This document shows positions 40,859-51,892 of a stretch of DNA of 64,000 bases, piece by piece. This stretch comes from Candidatus Hydrogenedentota bacterium (GTDB lineage Bacteria; Hydrogenedentota; Hydrogenedentia; Hydrogenedentales; SLHB01), in contig JAWXCN010000182.1 in NCBI GenBank assembly GCA_034408725.1, positions 41,443 through 105,442 on the forward strand, written 5' to 3'. The notes beneath the pieces were generated by a model that worked only from the letters and a program-made list of their open reading frames with translations, did not search any database and had not been told where the DNA came from. The first letter of the stretch is position 1. Every line of letters begins with the position of its first letter. The position numbers and the translations under genes are program-made.

Positions 40859-41911
40859 ATGGAACGCTTTTCGGACATGCTAAACCGCCGCAATTTTCTC
40901 AAGACTGGAATAGGCGCCGCTGCGGTGACGGCGCTTACAAGCGAGATTGCGCAGGCAGCACCGGCTAAAAAAGCAATCACCTATTCGGGTGCGATCCCTG
41001 TCCGCAAATTTGGCAAGACCGGTTATTCATTCCCGATACTCGGCCACGGTGGTTCCGCGATGATGGAACGCGAGTACACGTATTACGGCCTCAACGATCC
41101 GCCGTCCCGCGAAGACCGCGTAAAGATGGTGCGCGACGCTTACGACAAGGGAATTCGCTACTACGATACCGCCCGCATCTACTTGGAAAGCGAAACCCTC
41201 ATGGGCGAAGGGTTGAAGGACATTCGCGACAAGGTGTTCATCGCATCCAAGGTAATGGTGGACGATGCGGCGAAGGTGCGGCCGAGCGTCGAGAAGTCGT
41301 TGCAGGAATTGCAGACTGATCATATCGACCTCATGCAGATTCACGGCCCGATGATCGAGCAGCACGAAATTCCCGTGCTGATGAAACAGTACGAAGAACT
41401 CGTCAAACTGCGCGACGAAGGGCTGATTCACCACATCGGCATCACAGGACACAATGCGTTTCACAAGATGTACGAACTAATCGCCACCGAAGGTTTTGAT
41501 TCGGTCCTCATCGAATACGGCTATTTCCGCAAAGGCTACAACACGCGGCATAGCGAGGTGCAAGTCGAATGGCGCGAGAACTGCGTCGCCAAGGCGCACG
41601 AACTGGAGATGGGCATCATTGCCATGAAAGTGCTCGGCGCGTGGGTATTCAATCACAACGCGAAGAATGTCTTACCCGACTACGACGCGCAAGCGGTGAA
41701 ACGTCTTCCGGCCGCGGCGATCCGGTGGGTCTTGAACGATCCCCGCATCAGCGTGCTGAATATCGGCGTGTCTTATCCCAGCGACATTGATGAGAACCTG
41801 AAAATTGTCACGGGCGAGACTGCGCTGACGATGGCGGACCGGCAATTGCTCGCCGACTTTTCCGCCAAAGCCTATCAGACCGAACGCGTGCAAGGGCTGG
41901 AAGTCGTCTAG
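40859..41911 (+). CDS. Aldo/keto reductase, Tat-exported
   Basis: RRNFLK; YDTARIY, SL..LQTDHIDL.QIH, IGITGH. Confidence 0.9.
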   Translation: MERFSDMLNRRNFLKTGIGAAAVTALTSEIAQAAPAKKAITYSGAIPVRKFGKTGYSFPILGHGGSAMMEREYTYYGLNDPPSREDRVKMVRDAYDKGIRYYDTARIYLESETLMGEGLKDIRDKVFIASKVMVDDAAKVRPSVEKSLQELQTDHIDLMQIHGPMIEQHEIPVLMKQYEELVKLRDEGLIHHIGITGHNAFHKMYELIATEGFDSVLIEYGYFRKGYNTRHSEVQVEWRENCVAKAHELEMGIIAMKVLGAWVFNHNAKNVLPDYDAQAVKRLPAAAIRWVLNDPRISVLNIGVSYPSDIDENLKIVTGETALTMADRQLLADFSAKAYQTERVQGLEVV

Positions 41912-41917
41912 CTGCGC

Positions 41918-42433
41918 ATGACAGTCCGCGCGAAGCGACTGGCTGGCGGTGTAATCGGAATAATCGCGGCCTACCTCATTATCCTGCCGTTTTTCTGGCC
42001 GGATCCGAGGGTTAGCGCGGTCGTGCCGGCCCAGTCGGGGATGCGCGACGTGCTGAAGTTCGAGGTGGCGATCCATGCCTGGCATCGCAACGTGGATATT
42101 ACGCGCGTGCGCTTTTACGCCGATTACACAACCACCACCGCGAAGGGTCCGAAAGGGATTTTCTATCCCGAACTTGTAATCGACCGCCCCGGGAAAAATT
42201 ATTGGGGACCACTCAAACGAAATTTGCTGTCGTGGCCTTACACACAGCGTATGCCCGCCGAATTTGACCTTTCCCGTTTCGCGGACAAAGGGCTCCTGGG
42301 ACCCGGTGAACTAATCGGAAAACTGGATATTTCGTTTAACTACGCGCCGGCCAGACCGGGGAAGTCCTTCAGGCGGGACCCGACACGGACCGCGACTCAG
42401 AGTGTTCCTTTTCGCATCGTGATTCACGAGTAG
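41918..42433 (+). CDS. Hypothetical membrane-anchored protein
   Basis: N-terminal TM helix; fills the gap in a co-oriented run. Confidence 0.65.
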   Translation: MTVRAKRLAGGVIGIIAAYLIILPFFWPDPRVSAVVPAQSGMRDVLKFEVAIHAWHRNVDITRVRFYADYTTTTAKGPKGIFYPELVIDRPGKNYWGPLKRNLLSWPYTQRMPAEFDLSRFADKGLLGPGELIGKLDISFNYAPARPGKSFRRDPTRTATQSVPFRIVIHE

Positions 42434-42477
42434 TGGCCTGCTTGATCGCGGCAAGTTCCGCGCCTATGCTTTCGGCC

Positions 42478-43608
42478 ATGCGTTTTCATTTCCGTTTTAT
42501 TTCAGCCATCATCTGTTTATCGACCGGCATCATCCATGCGGACGAGCCTTATGCACAACGATATACCGAGCCGGTCGAGAAGTCGCACGCTAATCGTCAG
42601 ACAGGTTTCACGCAGATTCACGGCTATATTCAGGAATTGCACGATCTCTCGCCCGCGGTTCGCGACGAATCCTTCAAACCTGACTATTCCAGCCTGCACG
42701 CTTACGCAATTTCCACAATTGCGTTGCGCGACCGCGTCCGGAAATCCATTGGATTCCCGCCGCCGCTCATCCGGCGCGCCGCACCCGCGCGCTGGGAACA
42801 TGTCGCGGACGATCCCAGTGCGCAAATCTATCGGCTATGGATCGAAGTATTGGAAGGGGTGGACGCGTATGCCATTGTCAGTTTCCCAAGAGGTATCGAA
42901 AAACCTGCCCCGTTGATGATTTGCCAACACGGTGGCGGCGGCAATCCGGAACTGGTCCACGGCATGCTCGAAGGCGCCGGAACTGGCAATTACGGTTGGA
43001 TGACGCAACGCGCGCTTGCGGAAGGTTATGTTACGCTCGAACCCGCTCTCATTTTCCCTTTTGGCGGGAAGGAGGCCATTGAAGGACCTGACCGCCGCAC
43101 GATGGACGAACAACTTCAGAATCTTGGCACGTCAATCCTCGCGGTCGAGCTTTGGAAAATCTTTCGCCTGACAGACGCCGTGCTTCAGCGCCCGGAAGTG
43201 GATCGTGACAAAATTGGAATGATGGGCCTGTCCTACGGAGGCCTGTATACGCTGTACGCAGCGGCGTTGGATCCGCGGATTGATGCCGCGGTCAGTTCCT
43301 GCTTTTTCAATGAGCGGCGCAGGTATTCATGGCAGGACTGGTCATTCTTCAACTATATGAATACGTTTAACGACGCCGAAATTTGCGCGTTGATAAGTCC
43401 GCGCCCCTTGTTAATCGAAGTCGGGGATGCAGACACACTGTTCGCAATCGAGGGAGCAAGGGCGGAAGCCGGGCGCGCACGGCGACATTGGGACGGATTG
43501 GGAAAACCGGAAAACTTCGTGTTGGACGTTTTTCCGGGTGGACACGAGTTTAAGGGAAATATGGCGTATGCATTCATGCAAACGCATCTGAAGAAGGGAA
43601 CCGAATGA
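42478..43608 (+). CDS. Alpha/beta hydrolase (dienelactone hydrolase / acetylxylan esterase-like)
   Basis: CQHGGG, nucleophile GLSYGG, 'SPRPLL', 'GGHEF'. Confidence 0.85.
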   Translation: MRFHFRFISAIICLSTGIIHADEPYAQRYTEPVEKSHANRQTGFTQIHGYIQELHDLSPAVRDESFKPDYSSLHAYAISTIALRDRVRKSIGFPPPLIRRAAPARWEHVADDPSAQIYRLWIEVLEGVDAYAIVSFPRGIEKPAPLMICQHGGGGNPELVHGMLEGAGTGNYGWMTQRALAEGYVTLEPALIFPFGGKEAIEGPDRRTMDEQLQNLGTSILAVELWKIFRLTDAVLQRPEVDRDKIGMMGLSYGGLYTLYAAALDPRIDAAVSSCFFNERRRYSWQDWSFFNYMNTFNDAEICALISPRPLLIEVGDADTLFAIEGARAEAGRARRHWDGLGKPENFVLDVFPGGHEFKGNMAYAFMQTHLKKGTE

Positions 43609-44609
43609 GCACACCGATTCGTTGGGGGATTCTTGGGACAGGCGCAATCGCCAAAAAATTTGTGTGCGGTCTACAATCTGTTCCAGATGCGGAACTCGCC
43701 GCAGTCGGATCGCGCAAACAGGAGACGGCGGACGCGTTCGCACATGAGTTTGGGTTTGCCCGCGCGCATGCTTCGTATGAGGCGCTCGCCGCCGATCCGG
43801 ACGTGGATGTTATCTATGTATCGACTCCGCACCAGTTGCATCGCGAAAATACTTTGCTGTGCCTCGAGCATCGCAAAGCGGTCCTGTGCGAAAAACCGTT
43901 CTCTATCAACGCGGTGGAAGCAAGAAAAATGGTTCAGCGCGCTCGAGAGCAAAACGTATTTCTGATGGAAGCCATGTGGACGCGCTACATTCCCGCAATC
44001 GTCCAAACCATGAAATGGATTCAAGAAGGCAAGATCGGACAGCCCAGGATGGTCCTGGCGGACTTTGGGTTCCGCGCGGAAGTAAAACCCGAATGGCGGC
44101 TGTTTAGTCCCGCGTACGGAGGTGGAAGTCTGCTTGACGTGGGGGTGTACCCGATATCATTTGCGTCGATGGTGTTTAGCGGTTCGCCTTCGACGGTTAC
44201 GGGCGCGGCCAACCTTGGCGAAACCGGCGTAGATGAACAGGCGGGGATAGTGCTGATGTATCCTGGCGGAAAGCTGGCGGTGTTGGCAAGCGGTATTCGC
44301 ACCGACACGCCGCACGATGCGCATGTTCTCGGAGAGACCGGATCGATTCGTGTCCACGCGCCATTCTGGTGCGCAACAACAGCAACCTTAACGCTGAAGG
44401 ACGAGCAGCCGGTTGCATTCCAGCAGCCGCATCAAGCCAACGGGTACGAATATCAGGCCCTCGAAGTCATGCGCTGCCTGCGAGAAGGCAAGAAGGAAAG
44501 CGACGGAATGGCGCTTGCCGAAACCATCACCATCATGGAAACCATGGATCGGCTGCGCGCCCAGTGGGGACTGACCTACCCGATGGAAACCTCGACCCCG
44601 GTTTGTTGA
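43605..44609 (+). CDS. Gfo/Idh/MocA oxidoreductase (cytoplasmic)
   Basis: WGILGTGAIA, CEKP, MEAMWTRY, GGGSLLDVGVY. Confidence 0.93.
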   Translation: MSTPIRWGILGTGAIAKKFVCGLQSVPDAELAAVGSRKQETADAFAHEFGFARAHASYEALAADPDVDVIYVSTPHQLHRENTLLCLEHRKAVLCEKPFSINAVEARKMVQRAREQNVFLMEAMWTRYIPAIVQTMKWIQEGKIGQPRMVLADFGFRAEVKPEWRLFSPAYGGGSLLDVGVYPISFASMVFSGSPSTVTGAANLGETGVDEQAGIVLMYPGGKLAVLASGIRTDTPHDAHVLGETGSIRVHAPFWCATTATLTLKDEQPVAFQQPHQANGYEYQALEVMRCLREGKKESDGMALAETITIMETMDRLRAQWGLTYPMETSTPVC

Positions 44610-44702
44610 AACGGCAAACCTTTGCTATCATTCTGCCTGTAATTGACCAACTAACACGTCACAGGCGGTAACCACCCCGTCCTTCGCAAATGAGGTACTC
44701 CC

Positions 44703-47450
44703 TTGTTAGACACGCTATTAAAATCACTTTTTGGCACCAATAAAGAACGCCAGGTCAAGCGGTTAAGCCCATTGCTTCACGCCGTGCGCATGCACGAGCG
44801 AACGTGCAGGCTGATGAGCAACGATACCCTTCGGGCGCAGACATCAGTATTGAAGGAAAAGCTCGGGCAAGGCGCGACGCTCGACGATATTTTGCCCGAG
44901 GCGTATGCCGTGTGCTGCGAGGCGGCAAAGCGTGTCACGGGCATGCGACTGTTTGACGTTCAGATTTTCGGCGGCGTCGTACTTCACCAGGGTTGCATCG
45001 CGGAAATGGTAACCGGTGAAGGCAAGACGCTTGTCGCTACATTGCCGTGTTACCTGAACGCTCTCGATGGCAAAGGCGTCCACCTTGTCACGGTCAACGA
45101 CTACCTCGCGCGGCGCGACCGCGAGTGGATGGGCCCGATCTACGAATATCTTGGCCTTACCGTTGGCTTGATTCAACATGACATGGACAATGCGGAACGC
45201 CAAGTAGGCTACCGTGCTGACGTCACCTACGGCACGAACAACGAGTTTGGTTTTGACTACCTCCGCGACAACATGGCGCGCCGTCCCGAATATCGCGTGC
45301 AGCGACCGTTGAATTACGCCATCATCGACGAAATCGATTCGATCCTGATTGACGAGGCCCGGACACCCCTTATCATTTCAGGCCGCCCCGAAAAGAGCAC
45401 CGACCTGTATTTTCGGGTCGATGAAGTCGTGAGGCAATTAAAAAAAGGCGACCACTACGAGGTGGACGAAAAGCACCGGCACGTCATCATTTCAGACGAT
45501 GGCATGGCACTGATCGAACGGCTCATTGGGATAGAAGACCTATTCACGTCGGATTCACTCGGTATCATCCACATGATCGAGCAATCCATTCGCGCGCACA
45601 ATTTGTACAAACGGGACGATGAATACGTGGTGCGCGACGGCGAAGTGTTGATCGTCGATGAATTCACCGGCCGCCTCATGGAAGGGCGGCGATATTCGGA
45701 TGGGTTACATCAGGCGATTGAGGCCAAAGAGCGCGTCTCGGTGCAGTTTGAAACCCAGACCATTGCGACAATTACATACCAGAACCTCTTCCGGTTATAC
45801 AAAAAGATTAGTGGCATGACCGGAACGGCGATGACCGAGGCCATGGAATTCGCATCCATTTACAACCTCGACGTGGTCCAGATTCCTACCAACCTGCCGC
45901 TCATCCGCGATGACATGACCGATCTCGTATTCGCGACGGAACTTGGCAAGTTCAAGGCGGTGACGCAGGAAATATCCTTTATTCACGATTCTGGACGTCC
46001 GGTCCTTGTGGGCACGGTATCGATTGAAAAATCCGAGTTGGTAGCCGATTTGCTGCGGCAACGGGGTATCACCGACTTTCAAGTCCTCAACGCCAAGCAC
46101 CACGAACGCGAAGCGTCGATCATTTCCAACGCGGGCAAACAGGGCGCGATAACGATTGCGACGAACATGGCCGGTCGCGGTACCGACATTAAACTCGGCG
46201 AGGGGGTCCGTGAACTTGGTGGCCTAGCCATTGTTGGTACGGAGCGCCACGAATCGCGGCGTATTGACAATCAGTTGCGCGGCCGTTGCGGCCGTCAGGG
46301 CGACCCCGGAACGACCCGCTTTTTCCTGAGTCTTGAAGACGAGGTCGCCCGCTTATTTGGGGGGGACCGCCTGAAGAAAATGTTGCAGTGGATCGGCAGT
46401 CAGGAAGAAATGGATGACGAACCCCTGAGCCAACGGTCCGTGACGAAGGCAATCGAACGCGCGCAACGCAGCGTGGAAGAGTGGAACTTTGAAGCCCGAA
46501 AACATTTGAAGGAATACGATGACGTGATGAACTTGCAACGGCAGGTCATCTACGGCATGCGCCGCGAAGTCCTTGAAGACCGCGATGTCCGTGATCGCAT
46601 CGTGAAAATGTTCGACAATAGCATCCGCGACATGATCGAGGAATATGCTCAACAGGATGAGCTGCCCGAAAATTGGGACCTGGACGGGTTGGCCGCGCGC
46701 TACAAGCAGATATACGGCTACGAGCCTGAACTCGATGTACCCGAGGACACTGAACCGCAACCCCTGGACATCGATCTGCTCAGCCAGGCGCGGCAACGCT
46801 ATGCAACCAACGAAGAATCGATAGAGGAAGAGTATCGTCAAAGTTTCCGGGAGCAGATCGGCGGCGATGATTCCCGCGTCGATTTTAAGAAGCTCGCGCG
46901 AAAATACGTGCATGACATCGAGAAGATGGCGTTGCTCAGCGCGGTGGACGAGAAATGGATAGACCATCTGTATTCGATGGACTACCTTCGCGAATCTGTC
47001 AGGCTGCGCGCTTACGGCCAGAAGGACCCGCTTGTCGAATACAAGACCGAAGGCTACGAAATGTTTGACACCATGATGCGCGGAATCGAAGAGCGCGTCT
47101 TGCAGACCGTCTTCCGGCTCACCGATCCCGAAGTACGGAAAACGCGGCGAGTTGAAGCTCAGCGCGGCACACTCAACGCCAAAAACGATCCTTTTGCCAC
47201 GATTTCAGACTACAACATGGTTGGCGCGGACAAGCAGCAGGACCGCAGCTTCGCGGCCTACGACACCAGCAAATTCAAGCTCGCGGGACAGGAAACTGCG
47301 GCCCAGGCACAAGCGCCCGCGCGGGAAGAAGGTCAAAAACGGCCGCGACAGGAACCTGTCCGCAAATTGACGCCCAGCGTTGGGCCAAACGATCCCTGTC
47401 CCTGCGGCAGCGGAAAGAAATATAAGAAGTGTTGCGGCGGCGTCTCATAA
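44703..47450 (+). CDS. secA: Preprotein translocase ATPase SecA
   Basis: [32 protein letters not shown] motif [13 protein letters not shown]. Confidence 0.98.
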   Translation: MLDTLLKSLFGTNKERQVKRLSPLLHAVRMHERTCRLMSNDTLRAQTSVLKEKLGQGATLDDILPEAYAVCCEAAKRVTGMRLFDVQIFGGVVLHQGCIAEMVTGEGKTLVATLPCYLNALDGKGVHLVTVNDYLARRDREWMGPIYEYLGLTVGLIQHDMDNAERQVGYRADVTYGTNNEFGFDYLRDNMARRPEYRVQRPLNYAIIDEIDSILIDEARTPLIISGRPEKSTDLYFRVDEVVRQLKKGDHYEVDEKHRHVIISDDGMALIERLIGIEDLFTSDSLGIIHMIEQSIRAHNLYKRDDEYVVRDGEVLIVDEFTGRLMEGRRYSDGLHQAIEAKERVSVQFETQTIATITYQNLFRLYKKISGMTGTAMTEAMEFASIYNLDVVQIPTNLPLIRDDMTDLVFATELGKFKAVTQEISFIHDSGRPVLVGTVSIEKSELVADLLRQRGITDFQVLNAKHHEREASIISNAGKQGAITIATNMAGRGTDIKLGEGVRELGGLAIVGTERHESRRIDNQLRGRCGRQGDPGTTRFFLSLEDEVARLFGGDRLKKMLQWIGSQEEMDDEPLSQRSVTKAIERAQRSVEEWNFEARKHLKEYDDVMNLQRQVIYGMRREVLEDRDVRDRIVKMFDNSIRDMIEEYAQQDELPENWDLDGLAARYKQIYGYEPELDVPEDTEPQPLDIDLLSQARQRYATNEESIEEEYRQSFREQIGGDDSRVDFKKLARKYVHDIEKMALLSAVDEKWIDHLYSMDYLRESVRLRAYGQKDPLVEYKTEGYEMFDTMMRGIEERVLQTVFRLTDPEVRKTRRVEAQRGTLNAKNDPFATISDYNMVGADKQQDRSFAAYDTSKFKLAGQETAAQAQAPAREEGQKRPRQEPVRKLTPSVGPNDPCPCGSGKKYKKCCGGVS

Positions 47451-48919
47451 TTGCAGCCGGAATCCTCATCCTGGGGTTCTGGTTGGTGATGATGACGCTG
47501 TTGCTCCGCCGCGAAGTATTCACGCCTCACTGGCAAGCCCCGCGCTCCGATATGCCGGCGGCGCCTACCGACATCTGGCTCGGGCTTTTCGTTAACGATG
47601 CCGGGCAGACCCCCATCGGTTTTGTGAATGTCCATACCGAACCGACACAACGCGCGGATCAATCAGGCATGATCGCCAGTGTGATGGGACAAATGCGCTT
47701 GAACCTCGGCAGTTTCAAAGGCGAGTTGCGCGTCAACGGCCATGCATGGGCAACGGAGCGCGATGGTTTCCGCGAATTCATGGTAACGATGCGCTCGGGT
47801 GAACATGAAACCACGGTGGACGGCACGGTGGAAGAAGGCAGGCTGTTGGGAACGATGACGACTGGAGGTGAACGCACGCCGTTCGATCTTCCTTTCACGG
47901 ACAACCAAGTGTTGACAAATGCTCCAGGTTTGAATGCGCTTGGAATGCCCGATATCGAGGTCGGGGAAGAAATTGTCGTTGATGCCTTCGACCCTCTCAC
48001 CATGTCCTCCGGCAATGCCCGTATTCGCTGCATTCGCGAAGAAGTAATCACAATTATGGATGAAGCGATTGAGACGAAGGTCCTCGTCACCGAATTATCG
48101 GGTATCACTTCGACGGCTTGGGTAGATGAAAGCGGCAATGTCGTGCGCGCGGAAACCCCTATCGGTATCGTCTTTCAGCGCATGGACGAATTGGAAGCTC
48201 GAAGGTCAATGCTTGCGAGCAACGCCCAGGGAGACGGATTGCTGAAGTTGGCGGCGGTTGCCGCAATAGGTCAAGCGCCTTTTCGCGGCGCCACCAGAAT
48301 GGAAGTTGTGCTGTCCGGAATTGACGGGGCAATGGCAGTTCCCAGCGATGATGCACAGACCCTGCATGCGGATGGAAGACTCGTGATCACGCCCTTGGGG
48401 CCAGTCGAAATGGGCGCGCCCCTCGACGCGGATACGCGCGCGAAAGCATTGGCGAACGATATCTTCTTGCAGATTGATCATCCCCGAATCGTTCAGGCCG
48501 CAAATGAAATCGTTGCGGGCAAAGTGGACGACTGGGAGAAAAGCGTCCTTATTCACGAATGGGTCAGCAAGTCCGTGCGAAAGGGAATCGTGCCCAGCTT
48601 GCCCACCGCGCTGGATGTTTTGACCACGCTCGAGGGCGATTGCAATGAACACACCATGCTGTTTACGGCATTGGCGCGGGCCAGTGGAATCCCTACACGG
48701 ATGGCGATCGGCATCGTATGGAGTGAGGAGTTCAACGCGTTTTACTATCATGCGTGGCCCGAGGTATACGCCGGGCGCTGGGTATGGATGGACCCGACCC
48801 TTGATCAAGTCGTGGCGGATGCAACTCATATCAAGCTTATTAGCGGCGATCTCTCGGAGTGGTGGAAGGTGGCGCCGTTCATGGGGAAAATCGAAGTGCG
48901 AATCGTGGACATCGAATGA
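47429..48919 (+). CDS. Transglutaminase-like domain membrane protein
   Basis: [21 protein letters not shown]-terminal TM. Confidence 0.88.
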   Translation: MLRRRLIIAAGILILGFWLVMMTLLLRREVFTPHWQAPRSDMPAAPTDIWLGLFVNDAGQTPIGFVNVHTEPTQRADQSGMIASVMGQMRLNLGSFKGELRVNGHAWATERDGFREFMVTMRSGEHETTVDGTVEEGRLLGTMTTGGERTPFDLPFTDNQVLTNAPGLNALGMPDIEVGEEIVVDAFDPLTMSSGNARIRCIREEVITIMDEAIETKVLVTELSGITSTAWVDESGNVVRAETPIGIVFQRMDELEARRSMLASNAQGDGLLKLAAVAAIGQAPFRGATRMEVVLSGIDGAMAVPSDDAQTLHADGRLVITPLGPVEMGAPLDADTRAKALANDIFLQIDHPRIVQAANEIVAGKVDDWEKSVLIHEWVSKSVRKGIVPSLPTALDVLTTLEGDCNEHTMLFTALARASGIPTRMAIGIVWSEEFNAFYYHAWPEVYAGRWVWMDPTLDQVVADATHIKLISGDLSEWWKVAPFMGKIEVRIVDIE

Positions 48920-49016
48920 AACCGCCCAAGTTTTCACAACCTTCTTCCGGTATTATATTCTTTGCGTGCGCTATGTCGCTTGAATCCATTGACACGCAGC
49001 AGGGGCATTTGGTGCG

Positions 49017-50876
49017 ATGATGTACAGTCTCACGTCGCAAACCGGACCAAGCAAGGGACTCAGTTGGGGTATCGGACACGATAAACTCGTCATTGGCCGC
49101 GCCCACAATTGCGACATCTTCGTCGGCGACTCGCTTGTATCGCGCCACCACTGCGAAGTCCTCTCCAACGGCGAAACCATTTTCCTGAACGATTTGGGGA
49201 GTAGCAATTCCACGCTCGTGAACGGGCATCCCGCTTCGCAATGCACGTTGAGCCCTGGTGATGAAATTGCGGTGGGACGTTCGTTGTTCCTGGTCACCAC
49301 GCATGAGCGGAAGGGAAACTTCTTCGCCGAAAATACACCTGCGGGAACCACCGTGAATCTTTCGGAAGACCAATCGCAGGTCTTGGGCGATGTGACTGCC
49401 GATTTGGTGGCGAAGGCATACCCGAACTCGGTAATCGAACTGGCTGCGCTTTTTGACGTCAGCCGGCGCTGCAGTCGCGCGTCCAACATTGTCGATGTAA
49501 TGTCGGTGCTGTTTGAAGCAGTGGAAGGATATTTCCATCCCACGATGATTTGGGTGGCGATGTTGCAACCTTTGAGTGGCGAGTTGGTCTACTATTCTCC
49601 GCAATCGATTCTGATCGGGGACCCGGTGACGCCGCCCAATGAAGTCAAGCGAAAGGCGAAAAAAGCTCTGCTTCGGCGCGAGGGCCTAAACATTCCCATT
49701 ATCAGCCGCGAAGGCGAAGTTGAACGCCTCGCAACCTTGCTCGCGGCGCCTATTGAACTCCAGGGCCATCAGGCGGGTTGCATCATGCTGCGGCTCGAGG
49801 CCGAACACCGTCTGCCAAGCGACAACGATCTCCGGTTCCTTATCGCGGTTGCGCAGACCAGCGCGCCGTACTTTCATTCGATGCGCCAAATGGAACGCTT
49901 GCGGCGCGACAACGAAACCCTGCGAGCGGTGACGCGTGTCTCGACGGTCATTGTCGGCGACAGCGCGCCGATCAAACAGTTGCGCGCGCTTATCGAAAAA
50001 GCGGCAATGACGAATCTAAACGTCCTCGTCGCCGGTGAAACGGGCACGGGCAAAGAACTGGTGTCTCACATCCTTCACGAGCAATCCGCGCGCGCGGGCG
50101 GCCCGTTGGTCATTGTGAATTGCGCGGCGATTCCAGCGCACCTGTTTGAAAGTGAACTCTTCGGATATGAGAAGGGTGCATTCACGGGCGCGGCGCAACG
50201 GCGAATAGGGCTTATCGAGCAGGCCAGCGGCGGCACACTGTTTTTAGATGAAGTGGGGGATTTGAGCCTCGACAACCAGGCCAAGTTACTCCGCGTGATC
50301 GAATCGGGCCGTTTCTTTCGCGTGGGAGGAGTCCGGGAAACGGAGGTTGACATTCGCGTTCTCGCCGCAACGAACAAGGACATCCCGGCGCAGGTCCGGC
50401 GTGGCGCATTCCGCGAAGACCTGTATCATCGGCTGAACGGATTCCGGATTACAATTCCCCCGTTACGCGAGCGGCCCGCGGATATCGCCCAGCTTGCGCA
50501 CCATTTTTTCAATCTGAGCCTTGGCCGTGCAAAGCGGCCTGTCACCGGCATATCGGATGCGGCGATGGATTTTCTCGTTGCGCACCATTGGCCAGGAAAT
50601 GTGCGACAGCTCCGCAACACCATCGAACGCGCGATAGCGCTGGCGCGATCAGAATTGATACAGGTTTATGACCTGGAATCTTCTTCAGGCGGTAGCAGCG
50701 AATCGAGTTCCGAACCGCCATTACTTGCACTCGCCGACGTTGAAAAACGCCATATCGAGAAAACATTGGAACAATGCGAAGGCCGGGTGAACGAGGCGGC
50801 GCGCATACTGGCTATCGGACGCAGCACACTCTACGCCAAAATTGCGGAGTACGGATTAAATATCGAACCGCACTGA
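49017..50876 (+). CDS. FHA-GAF-sigma54 enhancer-binding protein
   Basis: FHA (IGR, SRHH, DLGSSNST.VNG); GETGTGKE; GAFTGA; FLDEVG; HTH. Confidence 0.95.
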   Translation: MMYSLTSQTGPSKGLSWGIGHDKLVIGRAHNCDIFVGDSLVSRHHCEVLSNGETIFLNDLGSSNSTLVNGHPASQCTLSPGDEIAVGRSLFLVTTHERKGNFFAENTPAGTTVNLSEDQSQVLGDVTADLVAKAYPNSVIELAALFDVSRRCSRASNIVDVMSVLFEAVEGYFHPTMIWVAMLQPLSGELVYYSPQSILIGDPVTPPNEVKRKAKKALLRREGLNIPIISREGEVERLATLLAAPIELQGHQAGCIMLRLEAEHRLPSDNDLRFLIAVAQTSAPYFHSMRQMERLRRDNETLRAVTRVSTVIVGDSAPIKQLRALIEKAAMTNLNVLVAGETGTGKELVSHILHEQSARAGGPLVIVNCAAIPAHLFESELFGYEKGAFTGAAQRRIGLIEQASGGTLFLDEVGDLSLDNQAKLLRVIESGRFFRVGGVRETEVDIRVLAATNKDIPAQVRRGAFREDLYHRLNGFRITIPPLRERPADIAQLAHHFFNLSLGRAKRPVTGISDAAMDFLVAHHWPGNVRQLRNTIERAIALARSELIQVYDLESSSGGSSESSSEPPLLALADVEKRHIEKTLEQCEGRVNEAARILAIGRSTLYAKIAEYGLNIEPH

Positions 50877-51692
50877 TTACACCCCTACGATTTGTGGGTA
50901 AGCGCCCCGCAATTGTCCGCGATGATATCGAACCTGGCCAGCCGCGATATCTTCTCGCAGTGTTCCCACATCGCCCCCATAAAGGGCGCCGTTCGAGTTA
51001 AGCAGGCATGTTCCCGATTGCTCTGGTGGGATTTCCGGAACAAGCTCTTGCGCTTCCTTGAGCATTTCGTGCCACGATTTCCCAAGCTCAACGGCATCGG
51101 GTGGAGTTGAGCCGAAATCCAGAGCGCTCACCTCTGTCCCGGAATAGCGGGCAGTCCGTGCCGCCTCGCAAAGTATGGCGGGCGCTGAAAACCCGGGGTC
51201 TTTCGCGCTTGCGGCCCAGGCTAGGTATCCGAATCGTTGAATCGTCGTATGGCAGTTGATTATGTCTATCCAATCACGCACCTCGACGCGCCCCACGAGC
51301 GCCAAAACCTTGTTGGTCGCCAGATCAAAAGGATGCAGCGTAAGCCCAAGTTCTTCATGTTCCATCAGTGGGAAAAATCGAAAAGCACTATCCGTCGCCC
51401 ATTGTATAACGACGGAGTCATTCGACTTCGATATGACGGCTTCTACATAGCCTTCACGCTCGCGGATGACGCGAATTCCAAAATCGTTTTTTTCCAGAAC
51501 AGTGCGGTCCGCAGCCCAACTTGATGACACCGCCACATTTGAATCATGAAAAATATCTATATCGCGAGATAGTCGAGGGCTTTGCGTGATGGTATTCAGC
51601 GCTGCCCCGCCCGCAACGTAACTTTCCCCGTTCGCGATTCGATTGCGTGAAATTAGACGGCAGAGATTTCGTTGGAATGCCGTGAGAGCCAT
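50877..51692 (-). CDS. AbiEii/AbiGii-like nucleotidyltransferase toxin
   Basis: YVAGGAAL, RLSRDIDIF, NKVLAL.GR.EVRD.ID. Confidence 0.75.
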   Translation of the reverse strand: MALTAFQRNLCRLISRNRIANGESYVAGGAALNTITQSPRLSRDIDIFHDSNVAVSSSWAADRTVLEKNDFGIRVIREREGYVEAVISKSNDSVVIQWATDSAFRFFPLMEHEELGLTLHPFDLATNKVLALVGRVEVRDWIDIINCHTTIQRFGYLAWAASAKDPGFSAPAILCEAARTARYSGTEVSALDFGSTPPDAVELGKSWHEMLKEAQELVPEIPPEQSGTCLLNSNGALYGGDVGTLREDIAAGQVRYHRGQLRGAYPQIVGV

Positions 51693-51886
51693 TGTCGGAG
51701 TGGGGCTGCTTTCTGAAACGCGGCAACATCGCCGTGATTTTCGATTGACTGTAGAACGCGAATTGCGTCTTCAACGGATTCCGGATAATAGTCCTTGCGC
51801 AAAAACCACAAACAATGCACGCGGTATTCATCCACTAGCGCATTGACCGCGCGCATGACGGTTGACAGATCCGCGTACAATGCCAA
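51653..51886 (-). CDS. Small protein, putative antitoxin partner
   Basis: 77 aa, directly upstream of and overlapping the nucleotidyltransferase gene; 'Y...CLWF'. Confidence 0.65.
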   Translation of the reverse strand: MALYADLSTVMRAVNALVDEYRVHCLWFLRKDYYPESVEDAIRVLQSIENHGDVAAFQKAAPLRQWLSRHSNEISAV

Positions 51887-51892
51887 TCCAAT

